Shown piece by piece: positions 7,156 to 15,843 of a stretch of 15,843 nt of DNA; the first letter of the stretch is position 1, and each line of letters starts with the position of its first letter. Origin of the DNA: Fibrobacteria bacterium (GTDB taxonomy: Bacteria; Fibrobacterota; Fibrobacteria; UBA11236); the NCBI GenBank assembly GCA_043732185.1, contig JAYTHY010000018.1, positions 1 through 15,843 on the forward strand, in the 5' to 3' direction. Both the position numbers and the translations under genes were made by a program. Below the pieces are notes generated by a model, which worked only from the letters and a program-made list of their open reading frames with translations, was not told where the DNA came from and ran no database searches.

Positions 7156-10100
7156 GGCAGACTTCCCATGATTACGGCATACTTGGAAAAGCTGTACACT
7201 TTGCCATTCACAGCAGCAACTGATTTTGCACTATCCACTTTTTCCCAAGCTAGCCGCCTGGAGTTCCAATGGCCAAGATACACCCATGCCCGACGCGCAA
7301 TCCCTTCACTAACAGGCATTTTTAGGACTGCGCCACTATCCGCTTTAAAAGGTTGGCTTTCCGACAAATCAATATCCAGAATGTCACCCACCACTTCTTG
7401 CTGCGGTGACGAACGAAGAAGTCCACTGACCTTTGGCTTTTTTACACTGACGGTAAAGGCCTTGCTGAGACCAGCCAAATTGAAATCCAGACTTGTCCCT
7501 TCCCCATTGGATACCACAACACGGCCAATGGACGCGGGAACAACTTGCGCAAAAGTGGTCAGATTGGTTTGGAATCGGAACGCACCAAGAATGGTCGCGC
7601 CAACATTTGTGAGTCCAATGGGCAAGGTATCATAGATGCGAAGCGCAGCGCCGCGAGCCACAGAAGAGTCAGGTAAAAACAGGCCTTGTTGGCTCAGTGT
7701 CCCAACGGCCGAGTCGGCACCCATGGACCAGCGTGGTGCAATATTGAAAACGCGGCCATCCAAAGTTCTCGCAAAAGCGGAAAACAAGTAACCGGCTTCA
7801 GTATGATTGGAAAGAATTAGGGATGCGCCATCTTCTTCTAACTCGCGATTTTCCTTGACGTATTTAATGCCAACGGAAACCGGAAGCAAATCTTCAATGC
7901 GAAGGTACAGACTTTTATTCAAACTCACCTTGCCCATATGCACGGAACAAATGACTTTAAATAGGGAATCGTAAGGAACGGTTCCCCCATGAAAGCGGCA
8001 AACTCGCGGAGTTTCGGATGTCGGATCTAGCGTCAGTCCAAAGGCTTTAGCCAGCGCAGGATCGGAAAATTTCCAGCTTATGCTAAAATCCGGATCTCCT
8101 TGCCCAGCTTTTAAATCGAAATAGGCGTTGAGATTTCGACCCTTTTCTCCCTTAACTTGCACCTGAAAGACATCTTTGGCCCCCAAAGTATACAGCGATG
8201 TATCCGCTTCAAGGCGCTGAGGCTGCAAAGCAATTGAAGACAACAAGAATGGATCGCGCAATGAAAAATTTCCCGGCGACTGGATATCGGAATACCCGAT
8301 AGCAGCCTTGCTATACTGGGTCTCTGTGGGCGTAACCACCTTGACCCGCACACCTATCGGTGAAAACAATGCATGGTAGTATTGGTACACCCCAGCACGC
8401 AGTTGACCGGGGAATTTGCCTAGGAATCCACCTGCCACGGAATCCATTTTCAGGCTTTGCCAAGTCGGATCTCCAGTAAAGCGGTAATAGAGACTGCATC
8501 GGACAGTGGGAATGGGTTTTAAGGAATCCAATCGGAGGACTTTTACGGAAAAATCTGCGGCAATGGTAGAATCTGCAATGGGCACCGAAAAAAAGGTTTC
8601 GGAAAGGGTATCCGTCCGGATACTATCTTCACCTAGTGAAATAAAATAGGGCGAAAAAGGAATGAGATGACTTTCTGCATCCTTTACCGTTACTTCATAA
8701 GCACCGGGTTTCAATTTTGCGGCACTGGCATATAGACCAACAGTGTCGGCATTTTCCGGAATTTTTTGGCCGTTCAAACTGAGGTCTACCCCTTTGCCGC
8801 GGCTGCCATTGTCTGTAATGACAACACGAATCTGACTTGTGGGATAATCTAGAGAAGTGTGGAGGATGGAATTCAAGGCCGTCAACTCCACCACCTTGAT
8901 CCTATCCGTAAAACCTTCGCGTTTAACGCGCAAGGTATAAGCTGTGGGCCAACGCAGATTTCGAAAGGAGTTGGGCGCCTTTCCAGTAAGTGAAAATTGC
9001 AAGCTGTCGTCGGGGTGGAAAGGTTGGAGTGTTAGAAAAAGTCCGGTTAAGGTATCCTTGCCTTCCTTGACAACCACGTCGATTTCTCCCGTGAACTTAT
9101 AGTCTGCAGTCAATGCCACATCCTGAACTGCGGAGCCGTCAGGGTCTAGATACACGGGTAGACTCGACCTTGGTAGATAGCCTTCTTTGGCAATATCCAA
9201 GTATGCCGGTGAAGACATTCCGAACAGCAGCGCCAACTCGAAACGACCTAAAGTGTCTGCAGTGTCGGCTGCAGGTAAAGGGTTTGGCACGGCTTGGCCC
9301 AACAATGATTTGGCGGCCAAGGACACGATAGCGCCCTTTACGGGAAGATTGGTGACAGCATCACGTACCACTCCAAGAATTCTATTGTGTCTCCGCACCA
9401 ATACCAAATTTTGGGACTTCAGTCCTTTCCCTGAATAATTGAAAGCCGGAGCGGGCACTGCGGTGAATCCAATTTTGGCAGCGGACAATTTAATGGTACC
9501 GGCGGGTTGACCCTCGAAATTAAATTGACCACCGCCATTGGTTTCCTGTATTATCGAATCTGTAGCAGTTACCAATTTCACAGTTGCGGTCACAGCCTGA
9601 CCTCCTTCATCAACTACCCTACCGGCAATGCCAGCTGATATCCCATCCAAGAGGAATGGATTAGCTACCACAGTTGCGCCCTTAATCACAGCAATTGAAA
9701 CCGGTTTAGGAGGTCCATAACCCATGCTTTCCACGCTTAAATCGTATTTTCCTGAATTCAGACCCATTATCATATATCGGCCTGCAGAATCACTGACCGT
9801 AAATGTCGCCAGACCGGTAACGGTGCTACGCGCGGAAACCAAAGCTCCAGCAATTGGTATGGTCGTGCTTCCCACACCCGATTGAACCAAACCCGAAATA
9901 GATCCGAAAAGATCCAGAACGGGATCGATTCGTCTGGTAAGTGCACCATTGGCCTGAAAGGAAAAAGAGATGGAGCTTTGCGTTCCGCTTAATGCCTGCA
10001 GCGAATAATCATTCCGATTGTGCAATCCACTTATGGCATAATAGCCACCAAATATTGTGGTGGCTTGATTAAATTGACCGGTAGCGGAGTGAATCAAATT

Positions 10101-13100
10101 CAACCGTACACCTGCCGTTCCACCTTCTATGCGTCCCAATATTCCACCAGGAAGGGGTTGCAAAACAATGTTTCGACTTTGTGACTGCAGATCCCCTTGG
10201 ATGGAATCGATAAAGGGAGCGTACCCGGGTAAGGTCAGACTGATCTGGTATTTTCGGCCATTGGCTGCACCAGCTAGAAAATATTGCCCCAAAGAATTTA
10301 CGGTATCGCGAAGCGTGTCTGTTGACGAAGTTAAGATGACCACGGCTCCCGGCAATGTGCGGCTTGCGAGTCCACCGGCATTTTTATCGAGACCGGAATC
10401 CCGCACCGTGCCGTAGACGCCACCTTCCACTTTGCTTATCACCAGATTTACTGTAATTGAAGTGTCTCCAGAAAGCGAAACGGTCACTTCTGGCCCCCCT
10501 TTATAGCTCGCTTTGCCGGCTGCTAGGGTAAACGTGCCGCGCGCCAAATTTAGGATTTGGATTTTACCGGAGAGAGTCAAACCCAAAAGCTTGCCATTCA
10601 ATATCACTTCGGCGCCATTCACAGGCAATCCGTCTTGGTCCTTAACTATTGCTATAAGGGCGGTAGTATGGACTTTGACGACGAGGCTCAACGCAGTATC
10701 TTTTTCCTTAAGAAAAACAGCCAATTCCTGATTATCATACTCGGCTGCATTCAGTAAGGTGGCCAGCGTAATCGCTTGATTAGCCGGAACACTGAGAAGA
10801 TTAACCTTCCCATTCGACGAAGTCGTCAACGTGTCTAGTTTTTTTGCTACAGATGCAACGATTTTACATCCTGCCAGGACCTTGCCTTCTGAACTTGTTA
10901 CAGTCAAGGCTACATTGAGCTTCAAAGTTTTAAGCTTAAAAACCAGCCCTGTCTTGGTCTCACCCACATTTACTGACATGTTAGTATCCATGGAAGTGGC
11001 ACCAGCTTTGGAAGCACGGACGGATAATTCCGAACTTGCCCCGGCCACACCCAAAACCTTGAACGTGCCATTGGGTTGCGATACAGCCGTCAAGGCATTG
11101 TTGCTACCACTGATTCGAATCAATGCGCCTTCCACTGGGGCATCATCTAGTGTCACGGTACCTGCTACACTGGCTTGTCTGGAAAGTGTTTTCAAATTAA
11201 CGGTAATAGGTGATTCCGTATTTAATCCAAGGGCAAAAGTCGTGTCCCTGGCATCGTACTCTCCGGTAGGCGGTTTGCAGGCGAGCCTGTACTCTTCGCC
11301 GGCGGGAACATCCGCGAAATTAAAGCTTCCGTCACTGGACGAATTAGTTTTCATGAGATCGCGTGCCGTGCTGAGTTCCAAAGGCAGGCCAGAAATGGAC
11401 TGACCGGCTTGGTTCAAAATTTTTCCGGTCAGACGAAAGACTGCGGGTAGCAAAGTCGGATTGAATTCCTGACTGGAAACAATGGAGAGCACCGGAGTTT
11501 GTGTCGAGCCGGATAATTTATACCCAGGGGCCGTGATGGATAAGGTATAGTCATCGGCAGGCAAGGAGGGAATGGAATATTTTCCCGTTCCATCGCAAAT
11601 TCCATATGCCCGGCTTCCCAATTTACCCAGAAGTGAAATTCGGATCCCAGTAGCCGCAGCCACACCCGTCACCGTACCTGCAAGGCTACCCGTATTCTTG
11701 ATCATCGAAAAATCTAAAGAATTTAAATTCCCAGAATTGGTGAGAGCTTGTTGCTCCCAAATCTTGTTGGCACTATAGCCGGCCTGTACGGCGGAAACGG
11801 AATAGACGCCAGCCGGCAATTTATTGATCGTATACTTTCCGTCCACACCTGTGGTTCCGGAACGGGAAATTCCAAAGGCATTGGCCGAAATCGAAACTCC
11901 GGACTGCGGTATTCCTGATGCGCTTACAAGGCCGGACAGCACGCCATGATTGGAAGCAATAACAATTTCAACATTGGATAATTGGCCAGAAACCATGGTC
12001 AAGGAAGCCAGCTTGCCGTCGGAATACCCCTCGGCCGAGGCGGACAAACTGTATGTTCCAGCGGGTATCTCTTCACCGGAAAACCGACCCTCAGCATCCG
12101 TGGTAAACGAGCCTCCCCCCGCTCCCGGCGACACTCCAATCAAAGCCACCACAGCTCCCAAAACACCGACTCCATCTGACGTAATCCTGCCTGCCAATTT
12201 TCCAACCGATGGAATCAATGTATCGGCGGTTGAAGCGGAATTGTCTCCCAGTACCAATTGTACCGAGCGTGTTACCGTGCGATAACCGGTTTTGGAAAAG
12301 CTCAGGGAATAGGTTCCTGTTCCAAGGGAAAGTGAATAGAGACCGGAAAAATCACTATTGGAAACCTGAACTTCTCCAGCCTTCTCGGCCGTGATTTTAA
12401 CTGAAGCTAATAGGACTCCTCGATTGTCCAGGACGCGGCCCCGATACGTTGCACCTGCTTTAGCAAGATTGAAATTCAGCACGCGAGTTGTGCCACGAAA
12501 GAGGGTATCCGTGGTAAGAGTGGCACCTTGGTATCCGGGACAGTTGGCAGTCAGTAAATACCTATTACCGGCTTGTAAGGAAAGAGAGTATTGTCCAAGC
12601 GGATCCGTAACTGTCTGGCCCGTCATCGCGCTATTGGATTCATTGTGATAGACTACGTTGCAGCCACTTACACTCGCATTACCGGAAACCAAATTCCCTG
12701 AAATGCCGCCCTGATCGGGAAGCAGTCGAAGGTTAGCGTCGAGAATGGTGCCACCTGCAGGTAGCGACACTGTCAGGCTCTGGTCTAGGGCGAAGCCTTC
12801 CTTGAACGCCGTGATTTGGTATTCTCCGCTTGGAAGAGAAAGAATATAAGCGCCTGTGGCATCGGTCAGCTGCGAAAACGATTCCCGAGTGTTTTGGTTT
12901 ACGGCCTTTATTTGGGCTTGAACCACACCAGCGCCACCTGCTAAGGCACCGCCCTTTACGACACCGGCATTGCCGGTTGCCTGGAAATCGATATTGAAAA
13001 CGGTATCGCCGGGATTTACTGGAACGGTATACACGCGCGTAACCAAATACCCTTCCTTTGATGCTTGCACGGTATGGGTGCCGGCATTGACGGACAACAA

Positions 13101-15296
13101 ATAGTATCCAGAATTATCGCTCAAAGTCACGGCGTTCCCGGCGACAATTTTCATTCCAGCCAGTCCGGAACCATTAACCATAGTCCGGCCCGCAACAAAG
13201 GAATGGTTCGCATTCAAAATGAATGCAACCCCTTGGACGGTTTTGGAAATGTCCAACAAAAACTTCTGCGCTGTCTCCGATGAATACCCCTTGGCCGATG
13301 CAGTCAGAATCCAATCGCCGGCTGGTAAACTAATTTCAAAATTACCTTGATTGTCGCTGACAACGCTGCGGATGGGTCCCGCCTTGGGTGTGGCTTGAAT
13401 AAGCACTCCAGGTAAACCGGTTCCGGACGGATCTTTGGTACGCCCAGACAGAATAGAGGCATTCGGATCCAAGGCCACGTTTATGGATTTATCTCCATCG
13501 ATCATAATCGAACTTTGTTCCGGTGCCGCAAATCCTGCTGCCGTTACCCGCAAACTCATAGACCCAGCCGGAACTGAAAAAGAAAATCCACCATTGCCGT
13601 CGGTATTGACCAGCCGCGTTCCATTGGAATTGGTCAAGTAGACAGTTGCTCCGAATAGTCCTTGGTGTGTGAAAGAATTTGAAACCGTTCCGGAAAGCGT
13701 AAACTTATTGGCCTCCAAGGAAACATCTACAGTTTTGGACGGAGTAGTGGAGTTGAGAGAGACGCTCACTTCTGGGGTGGAAGCGTATCCATCGGCTTGG
13801 GCACTAAGCTGCCAGTTTCCATAGGGAATACCAAGTGAGTAAATACCTTGCGAATTAGAAACAGTATTCCATTGTGATCCGTCAGAACCGGTAACGGTAA
13901 TCTTGGCATTGAGGATGCCGATTCCAACTCCAGATTGGGAAATTTTTCCCAGGATTTTTCCTAGCACAGGATTTACTGTAATTGCTTTGGTCGTTACGGG
14001 TTTAACGTTGTGGAGTATGGTATCCATTTTTGACGCATAGCCATCCAGATTATCAATGATGGCTTCATACGTTCCCAACGGGGCATTGTTTACGATTAGC
14101 AATCCGTCATTGTCCGTCGAGCCTCCCTGAAATACTGCAGACGACGAGCCTCCAAGGCGATTGAGCTTGATGGGCGCATAAGCGAGTTTCTGCCCCGCCT
14201 GATTTTTAAGTGTAATATTAATGTCACCCACTTCAGCCGCGTAGAAGAAGCTCCATTTTTCTGAGAGGGATGCGGACCCATTGTTGCCAATAGCATACAC
14301 ACGCCATTTATAGTTGTATCTACGCAAGAGTCCGGTAGCATTATTCAAACTAATTTGGCCACCAGTAGAACTGGCCTTCCACAAGGAAATATCGACTTGG
14401 CTCCCGTCAACGAGGTTTTCCTCTAATAATTCCACCTTATAGCTAACCGCACCCGCAACGGTCGTCCACCGGAAAAGAATTTGATCCAAACCAGGAATGG
14501 TATCCTTATCATTTGGTTCCAATAAAATTGGCGCAGATAATGGAGCTGATGGTGCATAGATAAACGAAAAAGGAACCGGGGCAACTTTGGAAGTGGACGC
14601 GGAATTATTTCCATAATTATTGAGGACGAGCCAGTTATAGGTTTTTCCTGAAATCAGAGGCGGTGCGGGCACGGTATTGTATCCAGAAGGATCTGGATCT
14701 CCATACCGAACCGTCGAATAAGGCGTAATGATTTGCCAAACGGCACTCACGCCGGTTACCGAACCGGAATCGGAAATTTTGAATGGCTCATCGGAAACCA
14801 GCACGGCATAAAAAGGCGCATCACCACTCCAGGTAAAATTGGGCGTGAGATTGGTAAGCGATGCCGCATTGGCTGGTGAATTAAGCACTGGCGCATTATT
14901 GGATTCTATGAGAATAATGAATTCGGAGGATGCCGTAATTCCATCGGTCGCAATACAATAATTGACGCCTAAGCGAAGGTCCGTATTTCGATAAACGCTT
15001 GGAATATCTGGATTGATTCGGAAAGTGAAAACGGCCGCATCCATTTGGCTGGGTAGATGGAGAGAATCATAATGGCTGATGGCAGCGCCGTTCCCACCGG
15101 GTATTGTCGAGGCCCTTAAATGAACTCGACCAGCCCCTCCCGTCCAACCCACGGTAATGTCTGAATTTTGTTTCCGCATTCCGGTCGGAACTTGAGTCAG
15201 AATTAGGGCTGCATGTCCACATTCCCATGTCAAAGAAACGATCAAAAGAAAGAGTTGAAGTGGATTTTTCCGTTGTGAATGCAGGTGAAATCGCAT
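6780..15296 (-). CDS. Giant (2838 aa) secreted multi-beta-sandwich protein: Fn3-like x2, about 22 carboxypeptidase-regulatory-like repeats, Ig-like domains, ZU5-like module, T9SS/FlgD-like C-terminal domain
   Basis: Uninterrupted 8.5-kb ORF with an N-terminal signal peptide (...LFLLIVSLTWECGHA). Repeated G-x-(I/L/V)-x-G-x-V...GA-x-V...(T/S)D-x-x-G-x-(Y/F)...P-x-G-x-Y-x-(L/V)-x-A-x-x-x-GY. C-terminus PNPF...VYNMMG...WDGHDSKG...NGRYLIKL...KKVVMLK. Confidence 0.9.
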   Translation of the reverse strand: MRFHLHSQRKNPLQLFLLIVSLTWECGHAALILTQVPTGMRKQNSDITVGWTGGAGRVHLRASTIPGGNGAAISHYDSLHLPSQMDAAVFTFRINPDIPSVYRNTDLRLGVNYCIATDGITASSEFIILIESNNAPVLNSPANAASLTNLTPNFTWSGDAPFYAVLVSDEPFKISDSGSVTGVSAVWQIITPYSTVRYGDPDPSGYNTVPAPPLISGKTYNWLVLNNYGNNSASTSKVAPVPFSFIYAPSAPLSAPILLEPNDKDTIPGLDQILFRWTTVAGAVSYKVELLEENLVDGSQVDISLWKASSTGGQISLNNATGLLRRYNYKWRVYAIGNNGSASLSEKWSFFYAAEVGDINITLKNQAGQKLAYAPIKLNRLGGSSSAVFQGGSTDNDGLLIVNNAPLGTYEAIIDNLDGYASKMDTILHNVKPVTTKAITVNPVLGKILGKISQSGVGIGILNAKITVTGSDGSQWNTVSNSQGIYSLGIPYGNWQLSAQADGYASTPEVSVSLNSTTPSKTVDVSLEANKFTLSGTVSNSFTHQGLFGATVYLTNSNGTRLVNTDGNGGFSFSVPAGSMSLRVTAAGFAAPEQSSIMIDGDKSINVALDPNASILSGRTKDPSGTGLPGVLIQATPKAGPIRSVVSDNQGNFEISLPAGDWILTASAKGYSSETAQKFLLDISKTVQGVAFILNANHSFVAGRTMVNGSGLAGMKIVAGNAVTLSDNSGYYLLSVNAGTHTVQASKEGYLVTRVYTVPVNPGDTVFNIDFQATGNAGVVKGGALAGGAGVVQAQIKAVNQNTRESFSQLTDATGAYILSLPSGEYQITAFKEGFALDQSLTVSLPAGGTILDANLRLLPDQGGISGNLVSGNASVSGCNVVYHNESNSAMTGQTVTDPLGQYSLSLQAGNRYLLTANCPGYQGATLTTDTLFRGTTRVLNFNLAKAGATYRGRVLDNRGVLLASVKITAEKAGEVQVSNSDFSGLYSLSLGTGTYSLSFSKTGYRTVTRSVQLVLGDNSASTADTLIPSVGKLAGRITSDGVGVLGAVVALIGVSPGAGGGSFTTDAEGRFSGEEIPAGTYSLSASAEGYSDGKLASLTMVSGQLSNVEIVIASNHGVLSGLVSASGIPQSGVSISANAFGISRSGTTGVDGKYTINKLPAGVYSVSAVQAGYSANKIWEQQALTNSGNLNSLDFSMIKNTGSLAGTVTGVAAATGIRISLLGKLGSRAYGICDGTGKYSIPSLPADDYTLSITAPGYKLSGSTQTPVLSIVSSQEFNPTLLPAVFRLTGKILNQAGQSISGLPLELSTARDLMKTNSSSDGSFNFADVPAGEEYRLACKPPTGEYDARDTTFALGLNTESPITVNLKTLSRQASVAGTVTLDDAPVEGALIRISGSNNALTAVSQPNGTFKVLGVAGASSELSVRASKAGATSMDTNMSVNVGETKTGLVFKLKTLKLNVALTVTSSEGKVLAGCKIVASVAKKLDTLTTSSNGKVNLLSVPANQAITLATLLNAAEYDNQELAVFLKEKDTALSLVVKVHTTALIAIVKDQDGLPVNGAEVILNGKLLGLTLSGKIQILNLARGTFTLAAGKASYKGGPEVTVSLSGDTSITVNLVISKVEGGVYGTVRDSGLDKNAGGLASRTLPGAVVILTSSTDTLRDTVNSLGQYFLAGAANGRKYQISLTLPGYAPFIDSIQGDLQSQSRNIVLQPLPGGILGRIEGGTAGVRLNLIHSATGQFNQATTIFGGYYAISGLHNRNDYSLQALSGTQSSISFSFQANGALTRRIDPVLDLFGSISGLVQSGVGSTTIPIAGALVSARSTVTGLATFTVSDSAGRYMIMGLNSGKYDLSVESMGYGPPKPVSIAVIKGATVVANPFLLDGISAGIAGRVVDEGGQAVTATVKLVTATDSIIQETNGGGQFNFEGQPAGTIKLSAAKIGFTAVPAPAFNYSGKGLKSQNLVLVRRHNRILGVVRDAVTNLPVKGAIVSLAAKSLLGQAVPNPLPAADTADTLGRFELALLFGMSSPAYLDIAKEGYLPRSSLPVYLDPDGSAVQDVALTADYKFTGEIDVVVKEGKDTLTGLFLTLQPFHPDDSLQFSLTGKAPNSFRNLRWPTAYTLRVKREGFTDRIKVVELTALNSILHTSLDYPTSQIRVVITDNGSRGKGVDLSLNGQKIPENADTVGLYASAAKLKPGAYEVTVKDAESHLIPFSPYFISLGEDSIRTDTLSETFFSVPIADSTIAADFSVKVLRLDSLKPIPTVRCSLYYRFTGDPTWQSLKMDSVAGGFLGKFPGQLRAGVYQYYHALFSPIGVRVKVVTPTETQYSKAAIGYSDIQSPGNFSLRDPFLLSSIALQPQRLEADTSLYTLGAKDVFQVQVKGEKGRNLNAYFDLKAGQGDPDFSISWKFSDPALAKAFGLTLDPTSETPRVCRFHGGTVPYDSLFKVICSVHMGKVSLNKSLYLRIEDLLPVSVGIKYVKENRELEEDGASLILSNHTEAGYLFSAFARTLDGRVFNIAPRWSMGADSAVGTLSQQGLFLPDSSVARGAALRIYDTLPIGLTNVGATILGAFRFQTNLTTFAQVVPASIGRVVVSNGEGTSLDFNLAGLSKAFTVSVKKPKVSGLLRSSPQQEVVGDILDIDLSESQPFKADSGAVLKMPVSEGIARRAWVYLGHWNSRRLAWEKVDSAKSVAAVNGKVYSFSKYAVIMGSLPLGAYDFTFAPNPFSSEDPWGLQLSYKVSSDVSSQVGVRVEVYNMMGDKVYESHESQLSKGDVVKPGLKKAALNSSDRRNALGPYVWDGHDSKGLACRNGRYLIKLIVKDGQGSKEYLKKVVMLK
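8590..14228 (-). repeat. Tandem array of about 22 diverged ~85-aa CarboxypepD_reg-like (PF13620-type) domains
   Basis: Counted by eye from GDINITL (aa ~357) to ...TLSETFF (aa ~2235). The units share a consensus but are not near-identical. Confidence 0.8.
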
Positions 15297-15297
15297 A

Positions 15298-15843
15298 TCA
15301 GTACCGGTACTCGACGCTGGTTTTAAATAACGAAACTGGGAAGGCTACCAAGGAAACCGTGGTCGTGAAATTAGGGCCAAGCGGAAAGTAATAGCCCATG
15401 TTCATAGTGGGTAGAAAAGGCAAGAAGGCTGGTCTGTAAGCGGCCGATTCGGATAATAGATCGCCGTTTTCAACTGTATAAAGAATCCCTCCCACTTGGA
15501 AAAAAACCTGGTATATCTGTACGCCCAGGGCAAACTGTTGTTCCAATCCCAGCCGAAAGCGATTGTTGCTACGCGTAACCGTAACGGAATCTTGCCCTGA
15601 GGCCGTCCTATAAATGTCCTTGGAAGCGCTATCGAAAGCATCAACACTGTCTATCGATTTGTAAAGCACCGACATGCCGCGCAGAAAATAGGAGTAGTCC
15701 AGGTTCATTCGGAAATGCTCCCACTTCGTCCCAACAGAAAGTGCTCCTTCCCATGGCAGGTTTATCCGCATTTCTTGGATTACGGTCTTACTCCGCGTCG
15801 TGAGGGTCAGTTTTGTAGGATTCATATTGGCCGGATTCATTAT
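15298..15843 (-). CDS. Probable outer-membrane beta-barrel protein, C-terminal fragment (5'-truncated)
   Basis: The frame is open to the window edge. Alternating-hydrophobic strands (FRMNLDYSYF, FRLGLEQ, FFQVGGI, MNMGYYF) and a terminal aromatic (KTSVEYRY). Its stop is 1 nt from the giant gene ATG (TGA-T-ATG). Confidence 0.55.
   Translation of the reverse strand: MMNPANMNPTKLTLTTRSKTVIQEMRINLPWEGALSVGTKWEHFRMNLDYSYFLRGMSVLYKSIDSVDAFDSASKDIYRTASGQDSVTVTRSNNRFRLGLEQQFALGVQIYQVFFQVGGILYTVENGDLLSESAAYRPAFLPFLPTMNMGYYFPLGPNFTTTVSLVAFPVSLFKTSVEYRY

Noticed and set aside
7168..13641. Many plus-strand ORFs antisense to the giant gene (e.g. 10831-11403, 7168-7635, 11950-12285)
   Set aside because: Shadow ORFs on the reverse of a Gly/Ser/Thr/Val-rich gene, with no recognisable motifs.
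6780..15296. Giant protein as a carboxypeptidase, TonB-dependent receptor, RTX/autotransporter or cellulosomal scaffoldin
   Set aside because: No zinc-peptidase motif, no TonB barrel, no GGXGXD repeats, no autotransporter C-terminal barrel, and the repeats are shorter than and unlike cohesins.
8588..15506. 7-nt homopolymer runs (about 8588, 10838, 15500) as phase-variation sites
   Set aside because: Too short and expected by chance. Reading frames are intact.
1..15843. CRISPR arrays, tRNA/rRNA, IS elements, DGR-type template/variable repeats
   Set aside because: The window is almost fully coding (largest gaps 50 and 38 bp) and I saw no DNA-level repeats by eye. A self-dotplot would be the decisive test.

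Overview
Gene-dense bacterial window with two convergent gene blocks. The protein repertoire suggests an FCB-superphylum organism, possibly Fibrobacterota (inference). The plus strand (1-5734) carries the 3' end of glnE, tightly coupled to three 16S rRNA-modification genes (rsmG, rsuA, rsmC-like). After a 50-bp gap holding a candidate extended -10 promoter come a Ca-binding-motif-rich lipoprotein and a FadL/PorV/TraF-type beta-barrel. The minus strand (15843-5773) carries the 3' end of a probable beta-barrel gene, then a 2838-aa secreted protein, then a PorV/PorQ-like barrel that overlaps it by ATGA. The giant protein has 2 Fn3-like domains, about 22 diverged carboxypeptidase-regulatory-like beta-sandwich repeats, a ZU5-like module and a T9SS/FlgD-like C-terminal sorting domain. 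The most interesting signal is two tail-to-tail 'cargo + dedicated PorV-like barrel' cassettes, a candidate T9SS-related surface display system. I saw no RNA genes, CRISPR arrays or mobile elements. All family assignments come from motif recognition by eye, not database searches.
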